Shown here: in pieces, positions 51,013 through 63,463 of the stretch | Numbering within the stretch: the stretch's first letter is position 1 | Layout: the number at the start of each line of letters is the position of its first letter | From: Malacoraja senta | Lineage: Eukaryota | DNA length: 64,000 nt | Assembly (NCBI GenBank): GCA_038087875.1 | Contig: CM075990.1 | Location: 2,234,001 to 2,298,000 of the forward strand | Direction of reading: 5' to 3' | Made by a program: the position numbers and the translations under genes | The notes under the pieces: model-generated | What the model saw: only the letters and a program-made list of their open reading frames with translations | What the model was told of the DNA's origin: nothing | Databases searched by the model: none

Positions 51013-51308
51013 CCTTTTCTTGTTATTCAATGCAAGTTTCAAATCTTCTGCCTCTTGAGTGGCAAAAGTCCTATCCAAAGAGCCGTAGCTACAAACTCCG
51101 CACAGCCAAGCACCCATAGCCAGGATCGAACCCGGGTCTCTGGCGCTGTCAGTGCTGTAAGTGCTGCAACTCTATCGCTGGCTGTGCCACAGTTAAACCA
51201 CCCCATCTATATTTGTTGACCAGGCTGTCTTGCAATGCAGCGCAGTCACAGAGAATCCTGAGTTAATTAGTCAATGGCACACGGTGGCGCAGCGGTAGAG
51301 TTGCTCAC

Positions 51309-51700
51309 ACGGTGGCGATTTTTTAGGCGACTACAGGCAACTAGGCTGTCGCCACATGGTAGCCGGTGGTCGCCGGGGTGACGCCTGTATGGTGGTGAGT
51401 TGTCTCCTCAGTCGCCCAAAGAGTCGTAGCGTCTTTCTGGTCACCGCTGGATTTTCAACATGTTGACAATTTTTCAGCGCTGGTGGCGACAGTGGGTTTG
51501 ACGTCAATGAGCGTAGCTTGACATAGGTGCTGTCATAGGTTGTCGCCGGTGCTGACTTCAGTATACGTATTTATCGTATACGCCAGCAGTCGCCTAAAAA
51601 ATCGCCTGAGTAGGACAGGCCCATTAGTCCAGTCGCTGGTTTTTCGGCGACCTGCTACGACCATGACAACCACCTACAAATTGCCTAAGTGGAACAGGCC
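51309..51700. mobile_element. Harbinger-like MITE pieces inside a V-SINE (51277-51962)
   Basis: Shares GATTTTCAACATGTTGA and GTCGCC motifs with 18221-18486; two right-TIR-like ends (GTAGGACAGGCCC ~51610-51622, GTGGAACAGGCCC ~51689-51701). Confidence 0.65.
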
Positions 51701-52884
51701 CATTTCACCACCAGAGACCTGGGTTGGATCCTGACTACAGGGGCTGTCGGTACGGAGCTTGTACGTTCTCCCCGTGACCTGCGTGGGTTTTCTCCGGGTG
51801 TTCCGCATTTGCGCCCACACACCTAAGACGTGCAGGTTTGCAGGTTAATTGGCTTCTGTAAATGGTAAATTGTCCCCAGAGTGTAGGATAGTGCTAGTGT
51901 ATGGGGATTGCTAGTCAGCATGGACTCACTGGGCCGAAGGGCCTGTTTCCACGCTGTATCTCTTGAAGCAAAAGATAGGGAGAATGCACAGAGTCTTTTA
52001 CCTGGGATAGGGGAATGAAAAACTGGAGAGCATGGGTTTAAGGTAAGAGGGGAACGATTTAATAGGAGCCAGAGGGACAACATTTTCACACAGAAGGTGG
52101 TGGGTGTATGGAACGATCTGACAGAGGAGGTAGTTAAGGCAGGTACTACAACAACATTTAAAAGACAGAGGGTGGTGAATCTGTGGAATTCTTTGCCACA
52201 GAAGGCTGTGGAGGCCAAGTCAATGGATATTTTTAAGGCAGAGATAGATAGATTCTTGATTAGTACGGATGTCAGGGGTTATGGGGAGAAGGCACGAGAA
52301 TGGGGTTGAGAGGGAAAGATAGATCAGCCAGGATTGAGTGACGGAGTAGACTTGATGGGCCGAATGGCCTAATTCTGCACCTATCACTGATTAACATGAA
52401 CTTAAGAACTGGTACATGGAAAGGAACGGTTTAGAGGGATATGGCCAAATGCATCTGGAAAAGGGTCCCGATCTGAAACGTCACCTCTCCATTTTCTCCA
52501 GAGATGCTGCCTGACTCGCACAGTTAGGCAGCGAGATGCCACACACAGTTGAATTGCCCGCCTGCATGGGATACATAAAACACAGCCCAGGAACAGGCCC
52601 TTCAGCCCACAATGTCTGCACCAAACACAATGCCGAGATAATCCAATCACATCTGCCTGAACATGATCCGTATCAATCTATTCCCTGCAAATCCATGTGC
52701 CTTTTCAAAACCTTAAATGCCACTATCGTAGCTGCCTCCACCACCACCCCTGGCTGCGCGTTCCAGGCACCCACCACCCTCTGTGTAAAGAAAACATGGC
52801 CTCCATATCCCCATGACATTTCCCCCTCTCACCTGACAACTACGCCCTCTAGTGTTGGACCTTTCCACCCTGGCAAAAAAGTTA

Positions 52885-54025
52885 CATAGAAAACATAGAC
52901 AATAGGTGCAGGAGGAGGCCATTTGGCCCTTCGAGCCAGCACCACCATTCATTGTGATCATGGCTGATCATCCACAATCTATAACCCGTGCCTGCCTTCT
53001 CCCCATATCCCTTGATTCCGCTAGCCCCCTAGAGCTTTATCTAACTCTCTTTTAAATCCATCCAGTGAATTGGCCTCCACTGCCCTCTGTGGCAGAGAAT
53101 TCCACAAATTCACAACTCTCTGGGTGAAAAAGTTTTAACTCATCTCAGTTTTAAATGGCCTCCCTTTTATTTTTAGACTGTGGCCCCTGGTTCTGGACTC
53201 CCCCAACACTGGGAACATTTTTCCTGCATCTTGCCTGTTCAGTCCTTTTATAATTTTATATGTTTCTCTAAGATCCTCTCTCATCCTTCTAAATTCCAAT
53301 TAATACAAGCCTAGTCTTTCCAATCTTACCTCATAGATACATAGATACATAGAAAATAGGTGCAGGAGTAGGCCATTCGGCCCTTCGAGCCTGCACCGCC
53401 ATTCAATATGATCATGGCTGATCATCCAACTCAGTATCCCGTACCTGCCTTCTCTCCATACCCCCTGATCCCCTTAGCCACAAGGGCCACATCTAACTCC
53501 CTCTTAAATATAGCCAATGAACTGGCCTCAACTACCCTCTGTGGCAGAGAGTTCCAGAGATTCACCACTCTCTGTGTGAAAAAGTTTTTCCTCATCTCGG
53601 TCTTAAAGGATTTCCCCCTTATCCTTAAGCTGTGACCCCTTGTCCTGGACTTCCCCAACATCGGGAACAATCTTCCTGCATCTAGCCTGTCCAACCCCAT
53701 AAGAATTTTGTACGTTTCTATAAGATCCCCTCTCAATCTCCTAAATTCTAGCGAGTATAAGCCAAGTCTATCCAGTCTTTCTTCATATGACAGTCCCTCC
53801 ATCCCAGGGATTAACCTGGTGAAGCTAAACTGCACTGCCTCAATAGCAAATTAGGAGACCAAAACTGCACAAAGTATTGTGGTCTCACCAGGGCTCTGTA
53901 CAACTGCAGAAGGACCTCTTTACTCCTATACTCAAATCCTCTCGTTATGAAGGCCAACATGCCATTCGCTTTCTTCACTGCCTGCTGTACCTGCATGCTT
54001 ACTTTCAGTGACTGATGTACAAGGA
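52885..54025 (-). mobile_element. Stack of CR1 3' fragments
   Basis: Minus ORFs FTRLIPGMEGLSYEERLDRLGLYSLEFRRLRGDLIETYK... and QVQQAVKKANGMLAFITRGFEY; 53335-53820 closely resembles 23825-24547. Confidence 0.9.
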
Positions 54026-54485
54026 CACACAGGTCCTGTTGCAAGGATCTGACGGTCTACCCCTGTCTATGCCTCTCATAATGTTGTACACTTCAGCAAG
54101 TCTCCCCTCAACATCTGACATTCTAGAGAGAAAAAACATCTTCTGCACATCTTTAAACTTTGCACCCCTCACCCTGAACCTATGTCTGCTCGTCTGCCAT
54201 TTCCACACTGGGGAAACGGTTCTGATTGTCAATGTTATCTACACCTCTCTTCATTATAAATAATTCTGTCAGGGTTCTCCTCATCGTCCGGCGCACTGTA
54301 TCTCCAAACTAAACTGAACTTCTCATGGTTTGTGTTAATTAAGCTTTCAACAATATATCCAATTTCCTTTCCGAAGTCCCTGTTGCAGTTGCTATCATCG
54401 CCCTTTTTAAGGAATGCATTCCTGGCCTGAGTGGTTCTGTCTGTGATAGCATCGGTCCTGGACTCTAGCTCCCGTCCTGCCTCAG

Positions 54486-54504
54486 CACTGCCACCTGCTG
54501 GCTG
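54486..54504 (-). promoter_or_regulatory. Candidate CTCF site (reverse)
   Basis: Minus strand CAGCCAGCAGGTGGCAGTG fits the CTCF core and lies in a unique patch. Motif evidence only. Confidence 0.5.
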
Positions 54505-54536
54505 TGTCAGACAGTGAACTGGACTGTGGACTGTAG

Positions 54537-55150
54537 GGGTGGCAGGGTGGTGCAGCGGTAGAGTTGCTGCCTCACAGCGCCAGAGGCCCAGGTTCGATCC
54601 TGACTACGGGTGCTGTCCATACGGAGTTTGTGCGTTCTCCCTGTGACCGCGTGGGTTTTCTCCGGATGCTCTGGTTACCTCCCACACCCCAAAGACGTGC
54701 ATGTATGTAGGTTAATTGGCTTCTGTAAAATTGTCCCTATTGTGTAGGATAGGACTAGTGTGTGGGGATCGCTGGTCAGCGCGGACTCGGTGGGCTGAAG
54801 CGCCTGGTTCCATGCTGCATCTCTAAACTAAACTAAAAGTGAGCCATGCAGTAACCAAGCAGCTAGCTTGGTTACAGTACGGAAACAGGCCCTTCAGCCC
54901 ACCGAGTCCGCGCCAACCAGCGATCCCCACACGCTAACACTATCCTACACACACCAGGGACAATTTACACATACACCAAGCCAATTAACCTACAAACCTG
55001 CACGTCTTTGGAGTGTGGGCGGAAACTGAAGATCTCGGCGAAATCCCACGGGGAGAACGTACAAACTCCGTACAGACAGCACCCTTGTCGTGATCGAACC
55101 CGGGTCTCTGGCGCTGTGAGGCAGCAACTCCACCGCTGCACCACCATGCC
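54537..55150. mobile_element. Tail-to-tail inverted pair of V-SINEs (+54537-54836, -54880-55150)
   Basis: Both copies retain head and body. Confidence 0.9.
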
Positions 55151-57530
55151 CTCCAACCTGGAGTTACAGATCAGTAAAACATCAGGCAGTGATGACACTT
55201 GTCCGAGAATAGAATGTGGGAAAGTTAAATGGATGAATGATAATTGTCACATGTACCGAGGGTACTGAGCTCGAGTGAAGTAACAATCAGAGTAAACAAA
55301 GTACTGGACAGCCCTCTGGTTCTGTACTTGGCCCCTGGTTCTGGACTCCCACAACATTGGGAACAGTTTTCCTGCATCTAGCTTGTCCAGTCCATTTATA
55401 ATTGTATATGTATCTTAAAGATATCCTCTCATCCTTCTAAACGCCAGTGAATACAAGCCTAGTCTTTCCAATCTTTCCTCTTAGAGAAACATATAATGGA
55501 TTGGACAGGCTAGATGCAGGAAAAATGTTCCCGATGTTGGGGGAGTCTAGAACCAGGAGTGACAATTTTAGAATAAGGAGTAGGCCTTATGACTGAGATG
55601 AGGAAAACACTTTTTCCCCCAGAGAGTTGTGAATCTGTGGAATTCTCTGCCACAGAAGGCAGTGGAGGCCAATTCACTGGATGTTTTCAAAAGAGAGTTA
55701 GATTTAGCTCTTGGGGCCAAAGGAATCAAGGGATATGGGGAGAAAGCAGGAATGGGGTACTGATTTTGGATGATCGGCCAAGATCATATTGAATGGCGGT
55801 GCTGGCTCGAAGGGCCGAATGGCCAACACCTGCACCAATTTTATATGTTTCTATGATACTCCCGCAACGATGCTTTTAGGCAGATAAACTTTAACGGCAA
55901 TAAATACAAGGAGATGCTTTTTGGAAACTAAATAAATAAATGCTGCAGATGCTGGAATCTTGAGCTAAAAACAAAAGTGCCGGAAGAACTCAGCGGGTCA
56001 GGCAGCATCGGCGGAGGGAATGGATAGACGACGATTCAGGTCAAGATCCTTTAGACTCTGAGGGGTTTGAAGAAGGGTCCTGACCAGAAGTTTCGTCCGT
56101 TCATTCCCTCTGCAGATGCTGCCTGACACACTGAGTTCCTCCTGTACTACAGTGCGGAAACAGGCCCTACGGCCCACCGAGTCCGCGCCGACCCGCCGTC
56201 CCCGCACACTATCTCCATCCTACACACACTAGGGACAATGTACAATTTTACCGAAGCCAATTAGCCTACAAGTCTGCACGTGTTTGGGGTGTGGGAGGAA
56301 ACTGGAGCACCTGGAGAATCGCCACGCGGGTCACGGGGAGAAGGTACAAACTCCGTGCAGACAACACCCGTGGTTAGGATGGAACCCGGGTCTCTGGCGC
56401 TGTGAGGCAGCAACTCTACCGCTGCCCCCTAGCACGGTAGATATACTTTCCATAATGCGGTTCTATAAGACTTAGGTTAGGCTCTCTTTAGAGTTGCGTG
56501 CAGTTCTGGTCAACGCATCACAGGAAGGAGGTGGTGGGTTTGGAGAGGGTGCATAGGAGGTTTACTAGAATCCACTGTCATTCCTGCTGAGTTACTCCAG
56601 CTCTTTGTGTCTATTTACCAGAATACTGTGTAGATTCCTCTAATCTACGGGGAGAGGTTGGACAGACTTGGATTGGTTCCCATGGAACATCAGAGGCTGT
56701 AGAGAGAAAGTAAAAGTGTATAACTTTCTGCGAGGCTTCAATCGTATCTTTGGTCAGAACCATTTCCCCAGGGTGGAAATACCCACAAATAGATGGCGCA
56801 GCCATTTGGAGAAGGGGAAGATGTGGAGATGTGCGCGGGGCAGGTTTTTACACGGTTTAGTTTAGTCGAGAGATACAGCGCAGAAACAGGCCCTTCGGCC
56901 CACCGAGTCCGCGCCGACCAGTGATCCCCGCACATTAACACTATCCTACCCCCACACCTGCATGCCTGTACGTCTGAAATGCGGAAGAAAACCAAAGATC
57001 TCGGAGAAAACCCACGCAGGTCACGGGGAGAAGGTACAAACTCCGTACTCACAGCACCCGTAGTCAGGATCGAACCGTGGTCTCTACTGCTGTATCGCTG
57101 TAAGGCAGCAACTCTGCTGCAACACATTGCCAGGGTGGTTGTGAAGGCAGTATAGGATAGCGGTGTTTAAGAGGCTTTTCAATAGGCACATGGATATACA
57201 GAGAGGAAGGGGATATGGAGGATGTGTAGGCAGATGAGGTTGGATTGACGGCGTTATATTCAGCGTAGCTTTCGTGGGTCAGCAGACGATTCCTGTGCAC
57301 AAAATGCTGGAGTAACTCAGCGGGTGAGGCAGCATCTCTGGAGAACATAGATAGGTGACGTTTCAAGTCGGGACCCTTCTTCAGACTGATTGTAGCAAAG
57401 GAGATGAAAGGTGGAAGAGAGGAGGGGCAATAGACAATAGACAATAGACAATAGGTGCAGGAGAGGCAGGCCAAAGCATGGACACAGGCGGGGGGAGGGG
57501 GGGGTGTTTAGATAGGCAGATGGTTGGAAC

Positions 57531-57930
57531 CAAAGATCCTATAGCGAGCAAGATAGTCCACTCGACGAAAAAGACGTAGTACGGTCATGGGCAGATTCAT
57601 GGGTAATTTTCGGCCCCATTTCCGTAACCGGCTTCCGTCTCCGCACCAAAGATCCCATAGGATACTAGTGCGGAGACGGTAGCCGGTTACGGAAACATCC
57701 TCGTAAAAATAAAAGTTCTTTGGTAAAAATCTTCTCCTCATTTTCAGAATTTTAATTTATTAACACAAACTGTTCCCCCGCAACGTTGACTACACTGCGG
57801 GTCGGGTCGGGTCGGGTCGGGTTACTGAAATGGATGAAAAAAAGGCCCACGTTCCGCTCCGTTGCGTACTACACGTCAGCCCATTGCATTTAGCAGGAGT
57901 GGTCGATCTTGCTCCGCTATAGGATCTTTG
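57531..57930. mobile_element. 400-bp non-autonomous DNA transposon with 8-bp TSD (hAT-like)
   Basis: TIR CAAAGATCCTATAGCG ... CGCTATAGGATCTTTG; TSD GTTGGAAC (57523-57530, 57931-57938); inserted in a Penelope-like fragment. Confidence 0.85.
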
Positions 57931-58611
57931 GTTGGAACAAAGGCCAGACATGAGAGCAGAAAGTGTGAGACTGTTTTGAGGAGTTCAACCCAGTCTCCAA
58001 TCCTGTCTCACACCTTCAGCTCTTATCTCTGGCATTTGTAAAGATAATAAGGTGGCGCAGCGGTAGAGCTGCTGCCTTACGGCGCCAGAGACCCGGGTTC
58101 GATCCCAACTGCGGGTTCTGTCTGTACGGAGTTTGTACGTTCTCCCTGTGACCCGCGTGGGTTTTCTCCGAGATCTTTAGCTTCCTCCCCCACTCCAAAC
58201 ATGTTCAGGTTTGTAGGTAAATTGGCTTCTGTAAATTGTCCGTAATGTGTGGGATAGTGCTCGTGTACGGGGTGATCACTGGTCGGCGCGGGCTGGGTGG
58301 GCCAAAGAGTACCAGGCTGTAATCTAAAATCTAAAACCATTGAACCACTTTGGGCCCCTTTGTGTACTAAGCAGCATCTGCAGTTCTTTGCTTCTGTGTA
58401 AGTCCTGGCTAGCAAGCCGTTTGCAGCAGTCACACGATCCCCCTCAGCAACTGTTCCATGGGGTGAACGATGATGGGACAACTTCTCCATCTCACTGAAG
58501 ATAGACACAAAATGCTGGAGTAACTCAGCGGGACAGGTGGCATCTCTGGAGAGAAGGAATAGGTGACGCTTCGGGTCGAGACGCTTGTCCTCCATCTCAC
58601 TGCCTCTGCTT

Positions 58612-59299
58612 AAGCATGCAGGTACAGCAGGCAGTGAAGAAAGCGAATGGCATGTTGGCCTTTATAACAAGAGGAATCGAATATAGGAGCAAAGAGGTCC
58701 TTCTGCAGTTGTACAGAGCCCTAGTGAGACCACACCTGGAGTATTGTGTGCAGTTTTGGTCCCCTAATTTGAGGAAGGACATTCTTGCTATTGAGGGAGT
58801 GCAGCGTAGGTTTACAAGGTTAATTCCCGGGATGGCGGGACTGTCATATGCTGAGAGAATGGAGCAGCTGGGTTTGTACACTCTGGAGTTTAGAAGGATG
58901 AGAGGGCATCTCATTGAAACATATAAGATTGTCAAGGGCTTGGACACACATAGAGGCAGAAAACATGTTCCCGATGTTGGGGGAGTCCAGAACCAGGGCA
59001 CAGTTTAAGAATAAGGAGTAAGCCATTTAGAAAGGAGATAAGGAAACACTTTTTCTCACAGAGAGTGGTGAGTCTGTGGAATTCTCTGCCTCAGAGGGCG
59101 GTGGAGGCAGGTTCTCTGGATGCTTTCAAGAGAGAGCTAGATAGGGCTCTTAAAAATAGCAGAGTCAGGGGATATGGGGAGAAGGCAGGAACGGGGTACT
59201 GATTGGGGATGATCAGCCATGATCACATTGAATGGCGGTGCTGGCTCAAAGGGCCGAATGGCCTACTCCTACACCTATTGTCTATTGTCTATTGTCTAT
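58612..59299 (+). mobile_element. Young CR1 3' fragment abutting an exon acceptor
   Basis: [50 protein letters not shown]...; (CTATTGT)n tail; TGCTT duplication (58607-58611, 59300-59304). Confidence 0.92.
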
Positions 59300-59315
59300 T
59301 GCTTCTTCCTTGCAG

Positions 59316-59384
59316 AGCACGAAATCACCATCACGGAGACCATCGTGAACGGACTCCCCAGCAACCAGCAGCAGCTTGATCGAG
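59316..59384 (+). CDS. SORBS1: SORBS1 coding exon, 69 nt, phase 1-1 ((E)HEITITETIVNGLPSNQQQLDR)
   Basis: Acceptor CTTCTTCCTTGCAG, donor GAG|GTAGCG; IVNGL aligns with SORBS1 VMNGL; in phase with neighbouring exons. Confidence 0.8.
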
Positions 59385-61682
59385 GTAGCGGCCCTTTCCC
59401 AACCAGTGCCCCATTAATGTCGGAGTCTTTAGACCATGGACTCCAGTTTCAGTCTAGTTTATTGTCACGTGTACCAAGGTACAGTGGAAAGCTTTTTGTT
59501 GCGTGCTATCCAGTCAGCAGAAAGACAATACATGATTACAATCGAGCCGTTACGGTGTATAGATACATGGCTTCAGAGGTACAGCGCGGAAACAGGCCCT
59601 TCTGCCCATCTAGTCCATGCCGACCAGCAATCACCGTTACACTACCACTATCCTACACACACAATAGGGACAATTTATAATTTTTACCAAAGCCAATTAA
59701 CCTACAAACCTGTACGTCTTTGGAGTGTGGGAGGAAACCCGAGCACCCGGAGAAAACCCACGCAGGTCACGGGGAGAACGTGCAAACTCCGTACAGACAG
59801 CGCCCGTAGTCAGGATCGAATGCGGGTTTCTGCTGCTGTAAGGCAGCAACTCCACCGCTGCTGTAACCACCGTGCCCACCTTGCAAGTCTTTAGACTTTA
59901 GAGATACAGTGTGGTTGTTATAGTGTGGTGGTGATGGGAGAGTCCGAGGCAGTTGGTGGCAATATAGAGAATAAAATGGCCCGTGTAGGATTAGAGTAAA
60001 TATAGGTGCTTAATGGTGGGCAGAGCTCGATGGGCTGAAGGGCCTGAAGAGCTTCCCTGCTCTCTGACTGAGGTGCCTATAATATGCACCTTGCATGTGT
60101 CAGTTTCAGCCCAGCTGTTATTAGGCAACTGAACGAGGGAGCGGTCCTGACCCCCCAACTACTTCATTGGGACCCTCACACTATCTTTAATCGGACTTCA
60201 CTGGACTTTATCTTGCACTGAATGTTATTCCCTTTATCCTGTATCTACACTGTGGGAGGCTCGATTGTAATCATGTATGGTCTGTCCACTGACTGGTTAG
60301 CACGCAGCAACGAAGCTTCTCACTGTACCTACATGCACGGGACAAAGACTAAACTAAATTAGCCCACACCTTCCGGCTGTTTCATTTCGTTGAGAGATAC
60401 AGCATGGAAACAGGCCCTTTGGCCCATCCAGTCCACGCTGATCATTGATCACCCGTTCACACTAGATCTACGCTATCCCACATTCCCATCCACTCCCTGC
60501 ACACCCGGGCCAATTAACCTACAATTCCACACGTCTGGAATGTGGGAGGAAACCAAAGCAGCCGGAGGAAACCGGGCGCTCACAGGGAGAACGTGCAAAC
60601 TCCATACAGACAGCATGCGTAGTCAGGATCGAGCATCAAGTGCCCAAGTCACGGTGGCGCAGCTGCCTCACAGCGCCAGAGACCCGAGTTTAATCCTGAC
60701 TACGGGTGCTGTCTGTGCGGAGTTTGTACGTTCTCCATGTGACCTGCGTGGGCTTTCTCCGGGTGCTCCGGTTTCCTCCCACACTCCAACGATGTACAGG
60801 TTTGTAGGTTAATTGGCCTCCTGTAAATTGTCCCTCGTGTGTGGGATCATTGGTCGGCGAGCTCAATGGGCCAAAGGGCCTGTTTCCACTCTGTATTTCA
60901 AAACTAAAATTAACTAAACTAATCAGGCAACTGAACCATCCTACCTTCTACTAGAGAGCGGTCCTGAACTGCTGTCTACTTCATTGGAGATCCGCGGACT
61001 ATCTTTGATTGGACTTTATTGACTCTCTCTTGCACTAAATGTTTTTCACGTTTTTCCTTTTCTCATGTGAATGGCTCGATTGTAATCATGTATTGTCTTT
61101 CGGCTGGCAGGTTAGCACGCAACAAAAGCTGTTCACTGTACCTCAATAAACCAAACTCAAACTCAACTCAACTCAACTCAACTCAACTAAACTAAACTCA
61201 AACTGAACCCACACTCCATTTATGCCGCCATTATTCAGCGTCCAAAGTCCGGTCGGCCCGCGCTCTCGATGTACTGGAGCAGTTCCCACCAGCCGACGTC
61301 CCTCTCCTCTCCTCTCCTCGCCCGGCCGTCTCCGTGTCCCGGGAGCACCTCCTGCAGCCGACCTTGAAGGCACTGGAGGCATTACCCCGGTCCACCCTCC
61401 TGCCACCTCCTTGCCCCGTCCCGGTCCCACCATCCGACGAGTCTTTGAGTGGGCTCCCTCTTAAACCTTTTGCTGTCTTTTGCCCACCCCCTCCATCGCG
61501 ATCTCCCTTGGGACTGGCTGGGTGGGGTGGAGTGAGGTGGGGTGGGATGGGGTGACGTTGCGTGTTGCTCCTGGACAACTGTTGGGGTGGGGAGGGGTGT
61601 GGGGGGAGGGGATGTTTGGGGTGTCAGGCTGCCCCCCTCCTTCTCTCCCCCAGTGGACGAGTGACGTGCTTTGTACCCGCAG

Positions 61683-61769
61683 TGGCCGAGACCTCCACGG
61701 TTACCTCCGCCATCAAAGTCTACCCCTCACCGTCACTGGACGCCCACCCTGACACGACGATGGCCACAG
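61683..61769 (+). CDS. SORBS1: SORBS1 coding exon, 87 nt, phase 1-1 ((V)AETSTVTSAIKVYPSPSLDAHPDTTMAT)
   Basis: Acceptor CTTTGTACCCGCAG, donor CAG|GTATGT; TSAIKVYP aligns with SORBS1 ISAVKIIP. The gene continues beyond the window. Confidence 0.75.
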
Positions 61770-61884
61770 GTATGTCTGCTGATTAACCCTTGCCCGAAAT
61801 AACCCCTTTACCCCCACTTCCCAACAGCGTTCCCATCCCCCCCCCCACCCCTTTCTAAACGCAGGTCCTTGTCCTTTCAGCCAT

Positions 61885-63463
61885 TGGTCCTAGACTCTCC
61901 CACCAGTGGAAACATCCTCTCCACATCCACTCTATCCAAGCCTTTCACTATTCAGTAAGTTTCAATGAAGTCCCCCCTCATCCTTCTAAGCTCCAGCGAG
62001 TACAGGCCCAGTGTCGTCAAACGCTCATCGTACGTTAACCCAATCATTCCCGGGATCATTCTCGTGAACCCTCTCCAACGCCAGCTCATTCTTCCTCGGA
62101 TACTGGACCCAAAAGTACCGGTGATTTTGAGATCTGTTTAGAAAGAAATTCCTCCTCTATTCCAAATTTACAACTATTTCTTCATAAGTCCGTAAGATAT
62201 AGGGGCTGAGATAGGCCATTCAGCCCATCGAGCCTGCTCTTTCATTCGATCATGGCGGATCTACTTTTCCATCCTAACCCCATTCTCCTGCCTTCTCCCC
62301 ATAGCCGCTGACGCCCGCACTAATCAACAATCTGTCAATCTCTGCCTTAATAATACCCACTGACTTGGCCTCCACAGCCGTCGGTGGCAATGAATTCCAC
62401 AGATTCACCACCCTCTGACTAAAGAAATTCCTCCTCATGTTTCTTTTATTCTGAGGCTATGGCCTCTGGTCCTGGACTTTCCCACTGGTCTTCATTGCTG
62501 TCAACAGAATGCAGAAACATCTCATCATTCGAACCTTCCCTCTGTATCTACGGTTAGAATACAGCTCGCTTTACAGCAGAGGTGGAGATCTCATTGAAAC
62601 CTAGCGGATAACAAAAGGCCTGGATAGAGTGGATGAGGAGAGAATCTTATGGAGGTGTTCATAAGTGGTAGGAGCAGAATTAGGCCATTTGGCCCATCGC
62701 GTCTACTCCGCCATTCAATCATGGCTGATGTATCTTTCCCTCTCAAACCCATTCTCCTGCCTTCTCCCCATAACCCCTGACACCCGTACTAATCATGTCT
62801 ATCAATCGTCACCTTAAAGATATCCATTGACGTGGTCCGCACAGCCCTCTGTGGCAATGGATTCCACATATTCACCACCCTCTGACTAAAGAAATTCATC
62901 CTCATCTCCTGAGGACCATTTTATAGAGGATCTGTGGGGATCTTATTGCGGCATACGCCATCATATGAGGAATAGATCGGGTAGGCGCACAGAGTCTCTT
63001 GCCCAGAGTAGGGGAATCGGGAAGCAGAGAACATGGGTTTAAGGTGAAGGGGAGAAAGATCTTTATAGGAACTCGAGGGGTAATTCTTTCACACAGAGGG
63101 TGGAGGGTGATTGGATCGAGCTGCTGGAGGAGGTAGTTGAGGCCGGGAGTATTGCAAGGTTTAAGAAACGGTTGGACAGGTACATGGATGGGACAGGTTT
63201 AGATGTGGGCTAAACGCAGGCAGGTGGGACAAGTGTAGCTGAGACATGTTGGTCAGTGTGGGCAAGTTGGGCCGAAGACGTTTCCACGTCTATCGCTCTG
63301 TGACTCGTGGATGTTTCCACTAGTGGGAGAGTCAAGGACGAGGCCACAGCCTCAGAATGAAAGGGGCGTACCTATAGACAGGAGACGAGGAGGAATTTCT
63401 TTAGTCAGAGGGTGGTGAATCTGTGGAATTCTTTGCCACAGAAGGCTGTGGAGGCCAAGTCAG
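61885..63463. mobile_element. Cluster of CR1 fragments on both strands
   Basis: Minus ~61885-62490 and ~62660-62910, plus ~62960-63463; typical CR1 3' motifs. Confidence 0.8.
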
